NCBI GenBank assembly: GCA_020348925.1
Contig: CP070758.1
Coordinates: 3,487,688-3,551,687 of the forward strand
Length of the DNA: 64,000 nucleotides
Direction of reading: 5' to 3'
Source: Gemmatimonadota bacterium
GTDB taxonomy: Bacteria; JBHIER01; G020348925
Position numbers and translations under genes: made by a program. The notes below the pieces were generated by a model. It ran no database searches and was not told the DNA's origin. It saw only the letters and a list, made by a program, of their open reading frames with translations. Positions 9,813 through 20,497 of this stretch are shown here, piece after piece; within the stretch, counting starts at the first letter, position 1; each line of letters starts with the position of its first letter.

Positions 9813-11930
9813 TTAATCTTTGATCATCTTCAGCGCCTCCTCCGCCGCCAGAATCATCGGCTCTGCTGAGATAGATTGACCCACGGCCTGCTGCATCCAC
9901 TGATCCGGGGTGATGGATCCGAGTTTGCACATCCGCTCCATCTCTGTCGCCAGATTTTTGTCCTTCATGTACTCTTCAACCTGAAAAGCGATAATGTGAC
10001 CCAAAGGATAGTCGGGCAGATAGAGCCCCGCATCGATCATGTGAGAATAAATGGCCAAGAGATCGACGTCCTTCTCACCGAAAATGGGTGCGTAGTACCG
10101 GTTCCAGACATCCTTGGCGATCCCAATGACCGCCTCTTTCAGTTCCGCCGGCGTGGCCTCGGGGTGATCGTACATCCAATGCCAGACCTTCATATCCACC
10201 AGGGCCACACTGGCGATCTCCGCCGTGGACCAGATGTTATCCAGGGCCTTCAGGTGTTCGGTCTCCGGATCGTCCTTGGTCAAACCCAGCAACTCCAGAT
10301 CCCGGGCCTGAAAGACAAAGGCAAAACCCTCGGTGAAGGCTGTATTGGGTACCCCCCGCAGCAGCGTATGATCGACCCGGCCCAGGGAAAAGACCTGTTC
10401 CACGTTGTGGCCGAACTCGTGGATGGCGATATTGTATCCCTTGTAGTTCATGCCCGTTTCCGGAACTCGGGTGCGGAGATGGGCCTTGTCACTGCGCCGG
10501 CCCGGCTCCATGGCGTGGCCGATGCCGCGGGAGGGATCGATATCGATTTTTGTTGCGAGATATCGGGCCGTCTCAGGAGTAAACCCGAGTTTCCGAAGCA
10601 AATTGGGCATATCGGCCTGGAATGCTTCCACCGTCGGATACCTCTCGGAGACCAGTTTGTCCAGCTCTTCCTCGTTATACGCTCCCCTGGCCTTGAACCC
10701 GTCGTACCAGATGTCAAAGGGACGAAGTTCTCGGCCCAGCCGCCGCTCGATGAGCTTGCCCGTGTTGGCCAGGGCTTCGGAAGAGAGCACCGCATCGAAA
10801 AGTGCTTCCACCTTATCCTCCGGGATTTCTCTGTTGCGCTGAAAGCGGCGATCCATTTTTGTCGGTGTGGTCGGATAGTACGGATCGGCTCCCTGTTCCG
10901 ACTTGAACATCCCCAGGAGCCTGGCGTAACGAGTGTCCGGTTCGCGTGAGTTGTCAACGGCTGTGCCCGGCTCTCCCTGCTCAGTCCAGGTCTTCGGGAT
11001 GTCCCCGTCAACGATGGATGAGACCGTCACCTCGTTGGTGGAAAGGGTCCAGTCCACAGCCGGATTGTTGATGACCGCATTCGGGATTTCCTGACGGATG
11101 ATCTTTTGCATAATCTGATAGATCATCTCCTGCTTGGGCAGTCCTTTGGGACTGGCATATTGGGCTTTCAATTCGTCCCGGAGATTCCAGTGCGTGATGA
11201 GCCTGAGTCCACGAGGGAAAGGCCGCTCCCCCTCCGGCGTCAGGATATGGTGCATGAAGATGTTGTATTCACTGATATAGTTGTCCGCCACTGCACGTGC
11301 TTGGTCGATCTGCTGGGAGACTTCCGACGGAACCCGGGCGGAAAACATCTCCGCAAGACGGGCCTGGGCCCATTCTTCCCGGGCCCACCCCGGCCCCAGC
11401 TTCAAACGCTCCTCGAGGGTATACAGAGGGAAATTGAGGAGACAGACGAAGGCGATCTTCGTTCTGAACATGTCGTCGTTGACATGAGCCCCTGGAGAAT
11501 ACTCGAAAAAAAGATAGTCAACGGGCAGAAGAGTACCTGTCTCGACGTCGATGTTCCAGCGCAGGTCCCGCTCCATCTCGGTAAGATGTCCACGTATGCT
11601 TTCGAACATGGCTTCGTACCGGTCGGCGGTCTTTTGAAGCACTTCGGGGTCGGTAATGAAGTACTTACCACAGAAGGCTGCAAACTCCTCGCCAGAACCA
11701 TCCTCGTCTCTCCAGAACTGAGTAACCTGATGCACTCCCTTTTCAATTCTGTCGCGCTGGTCCTCACCATGGGTGGCCACGAGGTCACTGATCACCGATT
11801 TTCTCTGGGCATCACTGATGTACAAATCCTGCGCCATGCTCACTCCCTCAAAACAGAACGAACAGAGTATTGCAAGGCTCACAAGACGCACAACAATGGA
11901 AACGACCGCTACACACGAACAACGAGACAC
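9813..11930 (-). CDS. Exported putative gluzincin metallopeptidase (M3/M32-like)
   Basis: HEFGH followed by FTEGFA and later YxxxYPLG. Hydrophobic N-terminus. GTG at 11930 follows an AAGGAGGTG SD. Confidence 0.6.
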   Translation of the reverse strand: MSRCSCVAVVSIVVRLVSLAILCSFCFEGVSMAQDLYISDAQRKSVISDLVATHGEDQRDRIEKGVHQVTQFWRDEDGSGEEFAAFCGKYFITDPEVLQKTADRYEAMFESIRGHLTEMERDLRWNIDVETGTLLPVDYLFFEYSPGAHVNDDMFRTKIAFVCLLNFPLYTLEERLKLGPGWAREEWAQARLAEMFSARVPSEVSQQIDQARAVADNYISEYNIFMHHILTPEGERPFPRGLRLITHWNLRDELKAQYASPKGLPKQEMIYQIMQKIIRQEIPNAVINNPAVDWTLSTNEVTVSSIVDGDIPKTWTEQGEPGTAVDNSREPDTRYARLLGMFKSEQGADPYYPTTPTKMDRRFQRNREIPEDKVEALFDAVLSSEALANTGKLIERRLGRELRPFDIWYDGFKARGAYNEEELDKLVSERYPTVEAFQADMPNLLRKLGFTPETARYLATKIDIDPSRGIGHAMEPGRRSDKAHLRTRVPETGMNYKGYNIAIHEFGHNVEQVFSLGRVDHTLLRGVPNTAFTEGFAFVFQARDLELLGLTKDDPETEHLKALDNIWSTAEIASVALVDMKVWHWMYDHPEATPAELKEAVIGIAKDVWNRYYAPIFGEKDVDLLAIYSHMIDAGLYLPDYPLGHIIAFQVEEYMKDKNLATEMERMCKLGSITPDQWMQQAVGQSISAEPMILAAEEALKMIKD

Positions 11931-11993
11931 AGCACACCTCCTTTTGGAATAAGGGTTTATGAAGAGAACACACAAACTCAAACATTCGCATTC

Positions 11994-14060
11994 CTATCTG
12001 AGTAAAACCATCCGCTTCGAATCTGTAAATGGTCCTGCTGTTAACCGGAAGAAGTATATCCCGCTGGAAACTTCAAGCCCATTCTCATCACGGCCATTCC
12101 AGCTCACAGTAAAATAGCTTGGTTCCTGCGCCTTATTTACAAGTGTTCGAACCTCCTGCCCCAGGATGTTGTACACTTTCAGCGTGGTCTGGACGGAGGA
12201 TCTATCATCTGCTATCTGATATCTGATATCTGTAGATGGATTAAACGGATTCGGGTAGTTCTGCGACAAATTGCAGGACACAGGGAGTGGCTCGGATTCC
12301 CAGGATTCCGGTTCTATGTCGGTCATGTATTGCCCGGTCAGGGCGTCAACATAAAAATCCATCGGATCACTCGTTGTTGAAGTATACCTGATCTTCCAGG
12401 CCGCATCATCCGGGATAAAGGGGTTGAAGTTCCGGGTGACTCCCCCCTCGACGGCCACACTGTCGTTCTCGGCCCGGTAGTCTGCGCCACCTGCAGCCTC
12501 CACAGTGGCCATAACGACATCACTATCCACCCATCCTTCCGGCAGGGAAACACGCGACGGCGGCTCCCAGATGTCTCCCTGGTGGAAAAGTATACCATTC
12601 GACCCAATAAATGCCCGGACCGAATCCTTGGCAGGTGAGAAATAAATATAAAACCAGGTCATGGCTTTGCCCGTGGGCGTGATTGAGCTTTGATGGGTGC
12701 CGACAAAAACCAGCTCGGCGTCGGAAGACCAGTCTGCGGCCGCGTCAGTGACGACATCCAGTGTGAAGCGGGCGGTGCTCGGCACGGGTTGCTGAATTTC
12801 AATAAATTCCCCGGTCAGCGCATCCAGGGGGATCATGAAATCTTCTTCGACCTCCTCGGATTGATACACATAGATCCACAGGACCGAAACCTCATTGGAA
12901 TCGGAAACCGTATGATACCCCGTCATTCTCTTGTCACCGCCAAACAAGTCAGCATTCGCAAGCACGGCTACCGTTTGTGCATCCGGGTGATCGGCCCGGA
13001 ATTGCGCACCACCGTGAGCCTCGGCGGTGTCGGCGGCCACATCACTGTCAATCCAGTCAGAGGGAAGAGCAACCGAATCCTGAGGCAGCCCATCATCATC
13101 ATCATCCAGTATTGCCCACTCCCAGACAATCTCGCTTGAGGCGGCGATTGAATAGTATTCCTCCTTTGATGGAGAGTAAAATTGAAAATTCCATATATAT
13201 CCCTCACCGGCAGGCGTCACCTCAGAGGCGGCAAGAACCAGGTACGCGTCGGGGGACCAGTTGACCGCCTCGATCAGCACGTCATCATACCGCTGCCTGG
13301 CGGTGATGGCCATCCAGGTCATCAGGACCATATCGACTCCCGTCGTTTCACCACTCTCGGAAGTGATGCGAGGATCGGGAAAACCATCATTGTCGGGATC
13401 ATAGACTGCGAAAATATCGATGCCCTGATGGGCCAATATTTCACCGTCCTGGTCGATGTCCTTAGCAGCCGCCACAAAAAAGGTATCTCCGGGGACATAG
13501 TTCAAGGTGTAGATCCCATCAACTGACGAAACAACAACCAGGGCCTCGGGCTTTTCATCAAAGAGCTTGTCGAAGAGGACCACCAGCGCATCGGTCGGAT
13601 TCCCCAGATCGGAGCTGAGGGTTCCGGAGACAGTTCCGGTGGGCAGGGCATCCCCGGTGGTGAAAGTGAAAGCGACCGGCTTATCTAATGGCTCTCCTGT
13701 TGTGCTGAAGGCGCCGATGAGTCCGAAGACATAACGTGTATCCGGTTTCAAGTGGGGATTATACAGTTCCACTGTTCTGAGATCCTGGCTGACGACTATG
13801 GAATCCGGATCGCCCATAAGATCCTCGTTGAAAAACATGCTGAGAAAAAAATCTTCCGGAAACTCGAAACGTACCGTTGTATCCACAGGAGCATCAAACT
13901 CGAATCGCATCGTAACCGATGTATCCACTCCAGTGGCCCCATCAGCGGGTTCGATTGAGACCACGTCCAGGCTCCAACTCGAAATGGGCAGGCTCAAGAG
14001 AAACAATCCAACGACAAGAAGGTACAAAAGTTCAACAGGTAAAGATTTTTGTGCTCTCAT
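11994..14060 (-). CDS. Secreted protein: Big_5/SbsA Ig-like domain, two internal repeats, T9SS/FlgD-type C-terminal tail
   Basis: Signal peptide, SIEPADGATGV..FTFTTG, two repeats with LPxxW(I/V)DSDV...GGAxxRA...DALTG, QNYPNPFNP...KRMVLLR. Confidence 0.8.
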   Translation of the reverse strand: MRAQKSLPVELLYLLVVGLFLLSLPISSWSLDVVSIEPADGATGVDTSVTMRFEFDAPVDTTVRFEFPEDFFLSMFFNEDLMGDPDSIVVSQDLRTVELYNPHLKPDTRYVFGLIGAFSTTGEPLDKPVAFTFTTGDALPTGTVSGTLSSDLGNPTDALVVLFDKLFDEKPEALVVVSSVDGIYTLNYVPGDTFFVAAAKDIDQDGEILAHQGIDIFAVYDPDNDGFPDPRITSESGETTGVDMVLMTWMAITARQRYDDVLIEAVNWSPDAYLVLAASEVTPAGEGYIWNFQFYSPSKEEYYSIAASSEIVWEWAILDDDDDGLPQDSVALPSDWIDSDVAADTAEAHGGAQFRADHPDAQTVAVLANADLFGGDKRMTGYHTVSDSNEVSVLWIYVYQSEEVEEDFMIPLDALTGEFIEIQQPVPSTARFTLDVVTDAAADWSSDAELVFVGTHQSSITPTGKAMTWFYIYFSPAKDSVRAFIGSNGILFHQGDIWEPPSRVSLPEGWVDSDVVMATVEAAGGADYRAENDSVAVEGGVTRNFNPFIPDDAAWKIRYTSTTSDPMDFYVDALTGQYMTDIEPESWESEPLPVSCNLSQNYPNPFNPSTDIRYQIADDRSSVQTTLKVYNILGQEVRTLVNKAQEPSYFTVSWNGRDENGLEVSSGIYFFRLTAGPFTDSKRMVLLR

Positions 14061-14185
14061 ACCTTCCCTCTTTTTCTGTGAAGGAGTTCATCTCTCCTCA
14101 AAGCGACTGGGAATTGCCTTTTCCCCACGACGAGAGACGTATGCGGCAAAAGATCCATACCAAAAGCTCACAGTAACAATGAGTA

Positions 14186-15514
14186 TCAGAGATACTGTTC
14201 GACCTCCCAGGGCGTCACCTGCGTGGAGAAATCTCTCCACTCTCTCCGCTTCGCACCAACAAACTGTTCGGTCAGATGTTTGCCCAGGGCCTTTTTGAGG
14301 ACAGCATCACCCTCCAGCTCATCAACGGCCTGGGCAATATTTCCGGGGAGCGTGGCTATCCCCATCTCCTCCAGCCGCTCGTCGCTGAAACCGTACACGT
14401 TCTCTTCGACGGGTTTCGGAGGCTTCCACTTTCGTTGCACGCCATCGAGCCCGGCAGCGAGCATACTGGCGAAGGCCAGATACGGGTTGCAGGATGTATC
14501 CGGACACCGCAGCTCCACCCGCGCTCCGACCCTGGCCTTACCCCGGGTCACCTGGGGAATTCGCAAAAGTGCCGAGCGGTTCACCCGACCCCAACAGACA
14601 TAGATAGGAGCCTCATAACCGGGTACGAGACGCTTGTAGGAATTGACCGTAGGGTCGACGACTGCAGCCAGCGCTCTGGCGTGCCGTATTTGGCCGGCCA
14701 GAAAGTGATAGGCCAGCTCCGAGAGATTGTATTTATCCCCTGGGGAGTAAAACAGGTTTTTCCCTCTCAGGTCGGCCAGACTCTGATGCACATGCATACC
14801 GCTCCCATTGATGCCGTAGATGGGCTTGGGCATGAAGGTCACTTTCAAGCCGCTGCCGATGGCATGGGTCTTGAGAGTCTGCTTCAGGGAAACGACGGCA
14901 TCGGCCACGCGTAAGGCATTGTCATAGGAGATGTCAATCTCATGTTGCCCCTGGCTCACCTCATGATGGTAGGTCTCGCACTGAATTCCCATTTGGGCCA
15001 TGCTTGTCATGGTATCCTGACAGATCCTCACCGCCCGGCTCTGGACGCCCAGGTCAAAATAGCCCTTACGGTCATGGGGAATGAGTTCCGGCAGTCGGTC
15101 CCGTTCCAGCAGGAAGAACTCGATTTCAGGACCAACATTGTAAACGAAGCCCAACTCCCTGGCCCGCTTCGCAACTCGCTTGAGGACTCCCCGGGGATCG
15201 CCCTCGAAGGGTTCTTCATCTGGAGTATAGACATCGCAGATGATCTGGGCGACCTTCCCCCCTTCGTTCGACCAGGGAAGGACTGAAAAGGTCTCGGGAT
15301 CCAGTTTCAGAAGCATGTCCGACTCGTAGATTCGGGCAAATCCCTGAATGGAGGATCCGTCAAACCAGACCCCGTGTTTTAAAGCGGAGCCGGCTTGTGC
15401 GGCCTGTATGGTCACTTTCTTCGGAACACCGGTGATATCCGTGAAGAGTAGATAAAGGAATTGGATCTTTTCCTTTTTTATCCTGGTCAGGAGCTCATCA
15501 TTTCGGGCGCCCAT
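14186..15514 (-). CDS. glnA: Glutamine synthetase type I
   Basis: FDGSSI, GPEIEFF, HHEV..GQHE, FMPKP..NGSGMH, SYKRLVPGYEAP, NRSA, ELRCPD. Confidence 0.95.
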   Translation of the reverse strand: MGARNDELLTRIKKEKIQFLYLLFTDITGVPKKVTIQAAQAGSALKHGVWFDGSSIQGFARIYESDMLLKLDPETFSVLPWSNEGGKVAQIICDVYTPDEEPFEGDPRGVLKRVAKRARELGFVYNVGPEIEFFLLERDRLPELIPHDRKGYFDLGVQSRAVRICQDTMTSMAQMGIQCETYHHEVSQGQHEIDISYDNALRVADAVVSLKQTLKTHAIGSGLKVTFMPKPIYGINGSGMHVHQSLADLRGKNLFYSPGDKYNLSELAYHFLAGQIRHARALAAVVDPTVNSYKRLVPGYEAPIYVCWGRVNRSALLRIPQVTRGKARVGARVELRCPDTSCNPYLAFASMLAAGLDGVQRKWKPPKPVEENVYGFSDERLEEMGIATLPGNIAQAVDELEGDAVLKKALGKHLTEQFVGAKRREWRDFSTQVTPWEVEQYL

Positions 15515-15737
15515 TATTCCCTCCTTTCATCTTCGCTCATTGACACCCAATTCCCTTCTCTTAAAAATTTCGAGGATGCGTCGGATTATTATCCCATTCA
15601 AAAACGATTCTTTTGCTTCAAAGAACACTCAGAACGTGTCGAAGATTCTCAACACGATCGTATTTCAATTCAAAACACTTGTATGAGCGACCGAGATCTT
15701 CTTCGGGTTTGACCTGCCGTCCGGTAAGATCGGCCAA

Positions 15738-15766
15738 ATAATAGCCCCGTAATAAAGACGTGTCAA
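15738..15766 (-). promoter_or_regulatory. Sigma70-type promoter of glnA
   Basis: TTGACA-17 bp-TATTAT on the minus strand, about 220 nt upstream of the glnA start. Confidence 0.7.
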
Positions 15767-15981
15767 GATGTTTTTTCAGAAATGCACCATCTCACGAAGA
15801 AATCCCATTTCTTCCTTGAATTCCGGGGCGAAATTGTTTTATTTTTGTGAAATTTTTGACCGGGATCTCTCATACGTGGTCACTGTACCATTCACCCATA
15901 CACGACTGTGCATACACGTATTCATGCGCATCCAAACAAAACCATTTAAATTCTTGTCCGATTTCCACCAAAGGACACGAC

Positions 15982-17487
15982 ATGCACCTTGAACGGGAAC
16001 GGTGGGCCAGCCGGGGCGTATTCATTGTCGCGGCCGTGGGAGCGGCCATCGGTCTGGGCAACGTCTGGCGGTTCCCCTATAAAGTCTATCAATCCGGAGG
16101 AGGTGCCTTCCTCATCCCCTACTTCGTGGCCCTGTTCGTGGCAGGCATTCCCCTGCTCATCATGGAGTTCGGACTGGGCCAATATTTTCAGGGCGCCGCA
16201 CCGAAAGCCCTCAACCGAATCCGACCATCATTTGAAGGCATCGGCTGGTGGGCCATCGGAATAAGTGCCCTCATCGCCATCTATTATTGCGTTATCTTGG
16301 CCTATGCCTGGAACTACCTCTTTCTTTCCATCGGCAAAGCCTGGGGCACGGACCCGGCAAGTTTCTACTCCGATCTCTTTCTCAAAAAGACTGCCGGACC
16401 TCACATTCAAGGGCGACTGTGTCTGCCCATCGTCGGCGGACTGGCCCTGTCCTGGATCGCCGTTGCGCTCAGCATCTACAAGGGAATCGGACGTGTGGGC
16501 AAGGTGGTCATGGTCACGGTCCCTCTGCCGGCTCTGTTGCTGGTCATCATGTTTTTCCGGGGCATCACCCTGCCCGGGGCGGGCGAGGGGATCGCCCTCT
16601 ATCTCAATCCCGACTTCTCGCGCCTGGCCGATCCGCACATCTGGCTCCTGGCCTTCAGCCAGGTCTTCTTCTCCGTCGGCCTGGGCTGGGGTATCATGAT
16701 CGCCTACGCCAGCTACCGGTCAAAGTCGGCGGAGATCAACAACAGTGCCTTCATCACCTGCCTGTCGGACGTCGGGATCTCGTTCTTCGGCGGATTTGCC
16801 GTCTTCAGCGCCCTCGGTTTCCTGACCCACGGTCTGACCGGGGTTGAGCTGGCCGGCAGAATGGACGCCATCGGCTCCGGAAGCTCCCTGGCTTTTATCG
16901 CCTACCCGCTTCTGATAAACGAACTGGGCTCCCTCGGCTCCCTTTTCGGCGTCATCTTCTTTATCATGTTACTGACCCTGGGCATCGACTCGGCCTTCGC
17001 CATGGTTGAGGCAGCCGTTGCCGGGCTCACCGACAAATGGCCTTTTCCCAAAGGAAAGGCCGTCATCATCTTCTGTTTTTTCGGCTTCCTCTTAGGGATC
17101 CCTCTCGCTCTGGGCTCTGGATCGCACTGGATCGACATCATCGATCACTGGATCGGCGATGTCGGGCTCGTTGCCGTGGCGCTCCTCCAATGTCTCGCTG
17201 TAGGTTGGTTTTACGATCTCAAGGAGCTCCGGGCCTTTGTCAACTCGGTGTCGGAGTTTCGAATCGGTCGCTGGTGGGAATGGTTCATCCGTTATCTCAT
17301 ACCGATGTGCCTCATATTGACGCTCTTTTTCTGGTTCAAGGGCGAACTGTCCGCACCCTTCGGCTCCTCAAACAATCCGCCATATCCTGAGTGGACGCTC
17401 TGGGTAGGTGGCTGGGGACTGACCATCGCACTCATCGTTGTGAGTTTTCTGTTGGGGCGCACCAGGTGGAAAAAGGAGAGAAAATGA
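15982..17487 (+). CDS. Sodium-dependent transporter, NSS/SNF family
   Basis: RERW..GAAIGLGNVWRFPY..GGGAFLIPY, about 12 TM segments. ATG at 15982 follows AAGGA. Confidence 0.95.
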   Translation: MHLERERWASRGVFIVAAVGAAIGLGNVWRFPYKVYQSGGGAFLIPYFVALFVAGIPLLIMEFGLGQYFQGAAPKALNRIRPSFEGIGWWAIGISALIAIYYCVILAYAWNYLFLSIGKAWGTDPASFYSDLFLKKTAGPHIQGRLCLPIVGGLALSWIAVALSIYKGIGRVGKVVMVTVPLPALLLVIMFFRGITLPGAGEGIALYLNPDFSRLADPHIWLLAFSQVFFSVGLGWGIMIAYASYRSKSAEINNSAFITCLSDVGISFFGGFAVFSALGFLTHGLTGVELAGRMDAIGSGSSLAFIAYPLLINELGSLGSLFGVIFFIMLLTLGIDSAFAMVEAAVAGLTDKWPFPKGKAVIIFCFFGFLLGIPLALGSGSHWIDIIDHWIGDVGLVAVALLQCLAVGWFYDLKELRAFVNSVSEFRIGRWWEWFIRYLIPMCLILTLFFWFKGELSAPFGSSNNPPYPEWTLWVGGWGLTIALIVVSFLLGRTRWKKERK

Positions 17488-17639
17488 CCATATCACTCGG
17501 TGGTTGGTTGACCCTGATCATAGGCGGTATTGTTCTCTACGGAGGACTCATCCTCTGTCTGAGCATTGCCTTAAAGAAGGGACGACATCTCCAATCGAAT
17601 AAAGAATCGGATAAGCGAGTATACCCAAATAATGCTTAA
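17484..17639 (+). CDS. MetS-family NSS transporter small subunit (51 aa)
   Basis: ATGA overlap with the transporter stop, AAGGAG SD, single TM with LYGGL..C..IA motif. Confidence 0.8.
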   Translation: MTISLGGWLTLIIGGIVLYGGLILCLSIALKKGRHLQSNKESDKRVYPNNA

Positions 17640-17653
17640 ATTAAAACAAAAGC

Positions 17654-17738
17654 TGTCATTTCTGCGCATGCAGGAATCTCCTCGATTTGCGCAACATACT
17701 TTCAATTAATGAGATTCCGGGATAAACCCGGAATGACA
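17654..17738. repeat. REP-like inverted pair (TGTCATT..GGAATC / GATTCC..GGAATGACA)
   Basis: Nested palindromes. Related copies at about 9672-9699, 27238-27325, 28580-28602 and 29497-29603. Confidence 0.7.
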
Positions 17739-18003
17739 TAGCTTTAAATCGTGGAAAGTGGTGCAGAACCATGTTCAAAACCAATATTCTTTTTAACTCT
17801 CTAAATATGTTTATCTTACGTCATATTTAAGTTGATTTAATGAATAATCCAGCTCGTGCGAACTACTGGAGACGAAATAAAAATCGGACGAATATTCAAG
17901 GTGAAAATTCTTGGTTTTCGTCGAAGCTGATATTAATATTATCCCGACATGTTTGAAAATACACAACCGGCATTCACATTCAATTCATCCAGGGAGCTGA
18001 TGC

Positions 18004-19377
18004 ATGAACGATCCTGAATCGATTCAGAGAGAGCAATGGGGTACGAAAATCGGATTTATCCTGGCGGCGGCCGGCTCGGCCATCGGCCTGGGCAACGTCT
18101 GGAAATTCCCCTATATCACCGGTGAAAACGGCGGGGCCGCCTTTGTCCTCGTCTATCTTTTCTGTATCGTCATCATCGGCTGGCCCATCATGCTGGCCGA
18201 GCTGACTATCGGCCGCAAAGCTCAGCGAAATCCCGTGGGAGCCTTCAAGATTCTGAAGCCCAACTCCCTCTGGTTCCTGGTGGGATCCCTCGGCATTCTG
18301 GCCGGTTTTTTCATCCTCTCCTACTACAGCGTCGTTGCCGGCTGGATGATGGCCTATGCCTATAAAGCCGTCACAGGGGTCTTTCAGAATTTTCCTGCCC
18401 CGGCAAGTGCCGGAGAACACTTCGGCCAGTTCTCCGCAAGTCCGTTATGGTCGATCGTCATCCACGCACTCTTCATGATCTTGTGCATATTGATCGTCTC
18501 CAAGGGCATCAAAGGCGGCATCGAGCGATGGAGCAAGATTCTGATGCCTGTGCTCTTCATCATTCTGATCCTTCTCGTTATTCGGGGCGTCACCCTGCCG
18601 GGTGGAAGCAGGGGCCTGTCCTTTCTGTTCAAGCCCGATTTCAGCAGCATCACCCCGACGGCGGTCCTCATCGCCCTGGGGCATGCCTTTTTCACCCTCA
18701 GCTTGGGCATGGGCGCCATGATTACCTACGGCAGCTACATGTCCGAATCCGAGAACCTGCCCTTCAACGGACTCATGGTCGTCTTTCTCGACACCTTCAT
18801 CGCCCTCCTGGCCGGCGTGGCCATTTTCACGTCCGTCTTTGCCATGAATCTCGACCCGACCGCCGGCCCCGGACTCGTCTTTCACGTCCTACCGGCCGTG
18901 TTTCAACAGATGCCAGGCGGGATCCTGTTCGGGACGCTCTTTTTTCTCCTCATGACCATCGCCGCCCTCACCTCAGGCATCTCCCTTCTTGAAGTGGTCT
19001 CGGCCTACTTCATCGACGAACAGGGATGGAAGCGGCAGCGAGCCGTTCTGAGCACCGGTGCGATCATATTTCTCATCGGTATTCCCTCGGCCCTCTCCTT
19101 CGGATTGATGAGGAACTGGACCTTTTTCTTCAAGATGAACGTCTTCGATTTCGTCGATTTCCTGGCGGTCAATTACATGCTGCCCATCGGCGGACTGATG
19201 ATCGCTTTCTTCGCCGGCTGGATCTGGGGCAGCCACAGAGTCATCGAGGAGATGAGAGTGGGCAATCCCAATTTTCTCGCCGGCCCCTACTGGAGCTTCC
19301 TCGTCCGTTTCATCACACCCCTCGGCATCCTCGTCGTCATCGGCGCCGTCGTCTTCGGCGGCGTGCGGTTTAATTAA
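18004..19377 (+). CDS. Sodium-dependent transporter, NSS/SNF family
   Basis: REQWGTKIGFILAAAGSAIGLGNVWKFPY, FFTLSLGMG..YGSY. Confidence 0.95.
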   Translation: MNDPESIQREQWGTKIGFILAAAGSAIGLGNVWKFPYITGENGGAAFVLVYLFCIVIIGWPIMLAELTIGRKAQRNPVGAFKILKPNSLWFLVGSLGILAGFFILSYYSVVAGWMMAYAYKAVTGVFQNFPAPASAGEHFGQFSASPLWSIVIHALFMILCILIVSKGIKGGIERWSKILMPVLFIILILLVIRGVTLPGGSRGLSFLFKPDFSSITPTAVLIALGHAFFTLSLGMGAMITYGSYMSESENLPFNGLMVVFLDTFIALLAGVAIFTSVFAMNLDPTAGPGLVFHVLPAVFQQMPGGILFGTLFFLLMTIAALTSGISLLEVVSAYFIDEQGWKRQRAVLSTGAIIFLIGIPSALSFGLMRNWTFFFKMNVFDFVDFLAVNYMLPIGGLMIAFFAGWIWGSHRVIEEMRVGNPNFLAGPYWSFLVRFITPLGILVVIGAVVFGGVRFN

Positions 19378-19582
19378 ATTCCTTTGAGTTCGTCCTAAAA
19401 CTCCAGAGTGACTCCACAATCATTGTGAGCCATGAACCACAGCGGTTCATAGCGTGGCAACCCCACTCGGGAAGGTGTTAAACTCCCTCTCGCATCCACG
19501 CATCATACTTTTTGGGGCAACATCTATACTCTTACCCCAGTGCGGAGCCTATTATTCACTGATCAGTAAAAGATCGACGTTA

Positions 19583-19984
19583 CTATTCCACAATGTGAGA
19601 TTTGAGATTGGTGTGTTCTGAAATCAGTTCGAAGTGATGATCAGAGTGTAGGAGAAGACACTTGGAGTTCAATGCCACTGAGGCGATAAGAACATCAGTT
19701 GATGGGATGGTCAGACCTTTCCGCCGAAGTTCGAAGGAGAGTCGGCTCGCAGAAAGCCAAACACGGTCTGTTACAGGCAAATAGTGGAGTGCCTGGAGCT
19801 CCTCCAAGAGCTCAACGTACTCTTTGGGCGTACGAGTCCCGCCAAGAAGCTCCACAAGAATCATCCCACACGTGGCGGCTGATCCTTCAGAAATGATTCT
19901 CCCTACCTCCTTTTTTGGAGCTTCCGGTGCCCCCTCCTTGAAAACCAAGATCCATAATGACGTATCGATAAGAACAGGACTCAT
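19583..19984 (-). CDS. vapC: VapC PIN-domain toxin
   Basis: LIDTS, ELLGG, DVLIA and SDHHF acidic PIN residues. Overlaps the antitoxin stop (ATGA). Confidence 0.9.
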   Translation of the reverse strand: MSPVLIDTSLWILVFKEGAPEAPKKEVGRIISEGSAATCGMILVELLGGTRTPKEYVELLEELQALHYLPVTDRVWLSASRLSFELRRKGLTIPSTDVLIASVALNSKCLLLHSDHHFELISEHTNLKSHIVE

Positions 19985-20184
19985 TCATCCGCCCGCATTT
20001 TTTCCAACTCTTTATGGGTGAGGTTCAGATTGAAATTTCCCAATCTGTTCACCAGCCTTTTTCTCCGTTTCGCATGAATAATCTCTCGAAGTGACATATT
20101 GATAAGTTCCCTTTTTGTCTTGGCCTTCGTCAACTTCATTGCTTTCTGGAGCAGGTCATCATCTATGTCAATAGTCGATCTCAA
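19981..20184 (-). CDS. vapB: VapB antitoxin
   Basis: MRSTIDIDDDLLQKAM..TKRELI..SL. TTG start after AAGGAGGTGA. Directly upstream of vapC. Confidence 0.88.
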   Translation of the reverse strand: MRSTIDIDDDLLQKAMKLTKAKTKRELINMSLREIIHAKRRKRLVNRLGNFNLNLTHKELEKMRADE

Positions 20185-20410
20185 GTGACATCACCTCCTT
20201 ATGCGAAATATATAAATATTATGTGCGATGTCAACACATTTTTTATGCCATATGTTACAGTATTTATCTCTAAATTATTAAACTGGTTCCATAACCCCTG
20301 TTTGTGAATCAAAGTGAAAGGGAATCTCAATTTCCAAGGCCACCGCACAAAAAAAGTGCCGAACTTACAATATTACATCGGCCTCTGACCACTGGTCACA
20401 AATAAATGTC

Positions 20411-20444
20411 AAACCTCCCGGAAGCTCGAACCTCCGGGAGGTTT
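20411..20444 (-). terminator. Intrinsic terminator hairpin
   Basis: AAACCTCCCGGA...TCCGGGAGGTTT just past the stop of 20498..21847. Near-identical hairpin at 29644-29674. Confidence 0.7.
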
Positions 20445-20497
20445 CTTCTTAGATCCTTCGCTTCAGCTCAGGACATGCTTTTAGACTTTTTTCTCCG

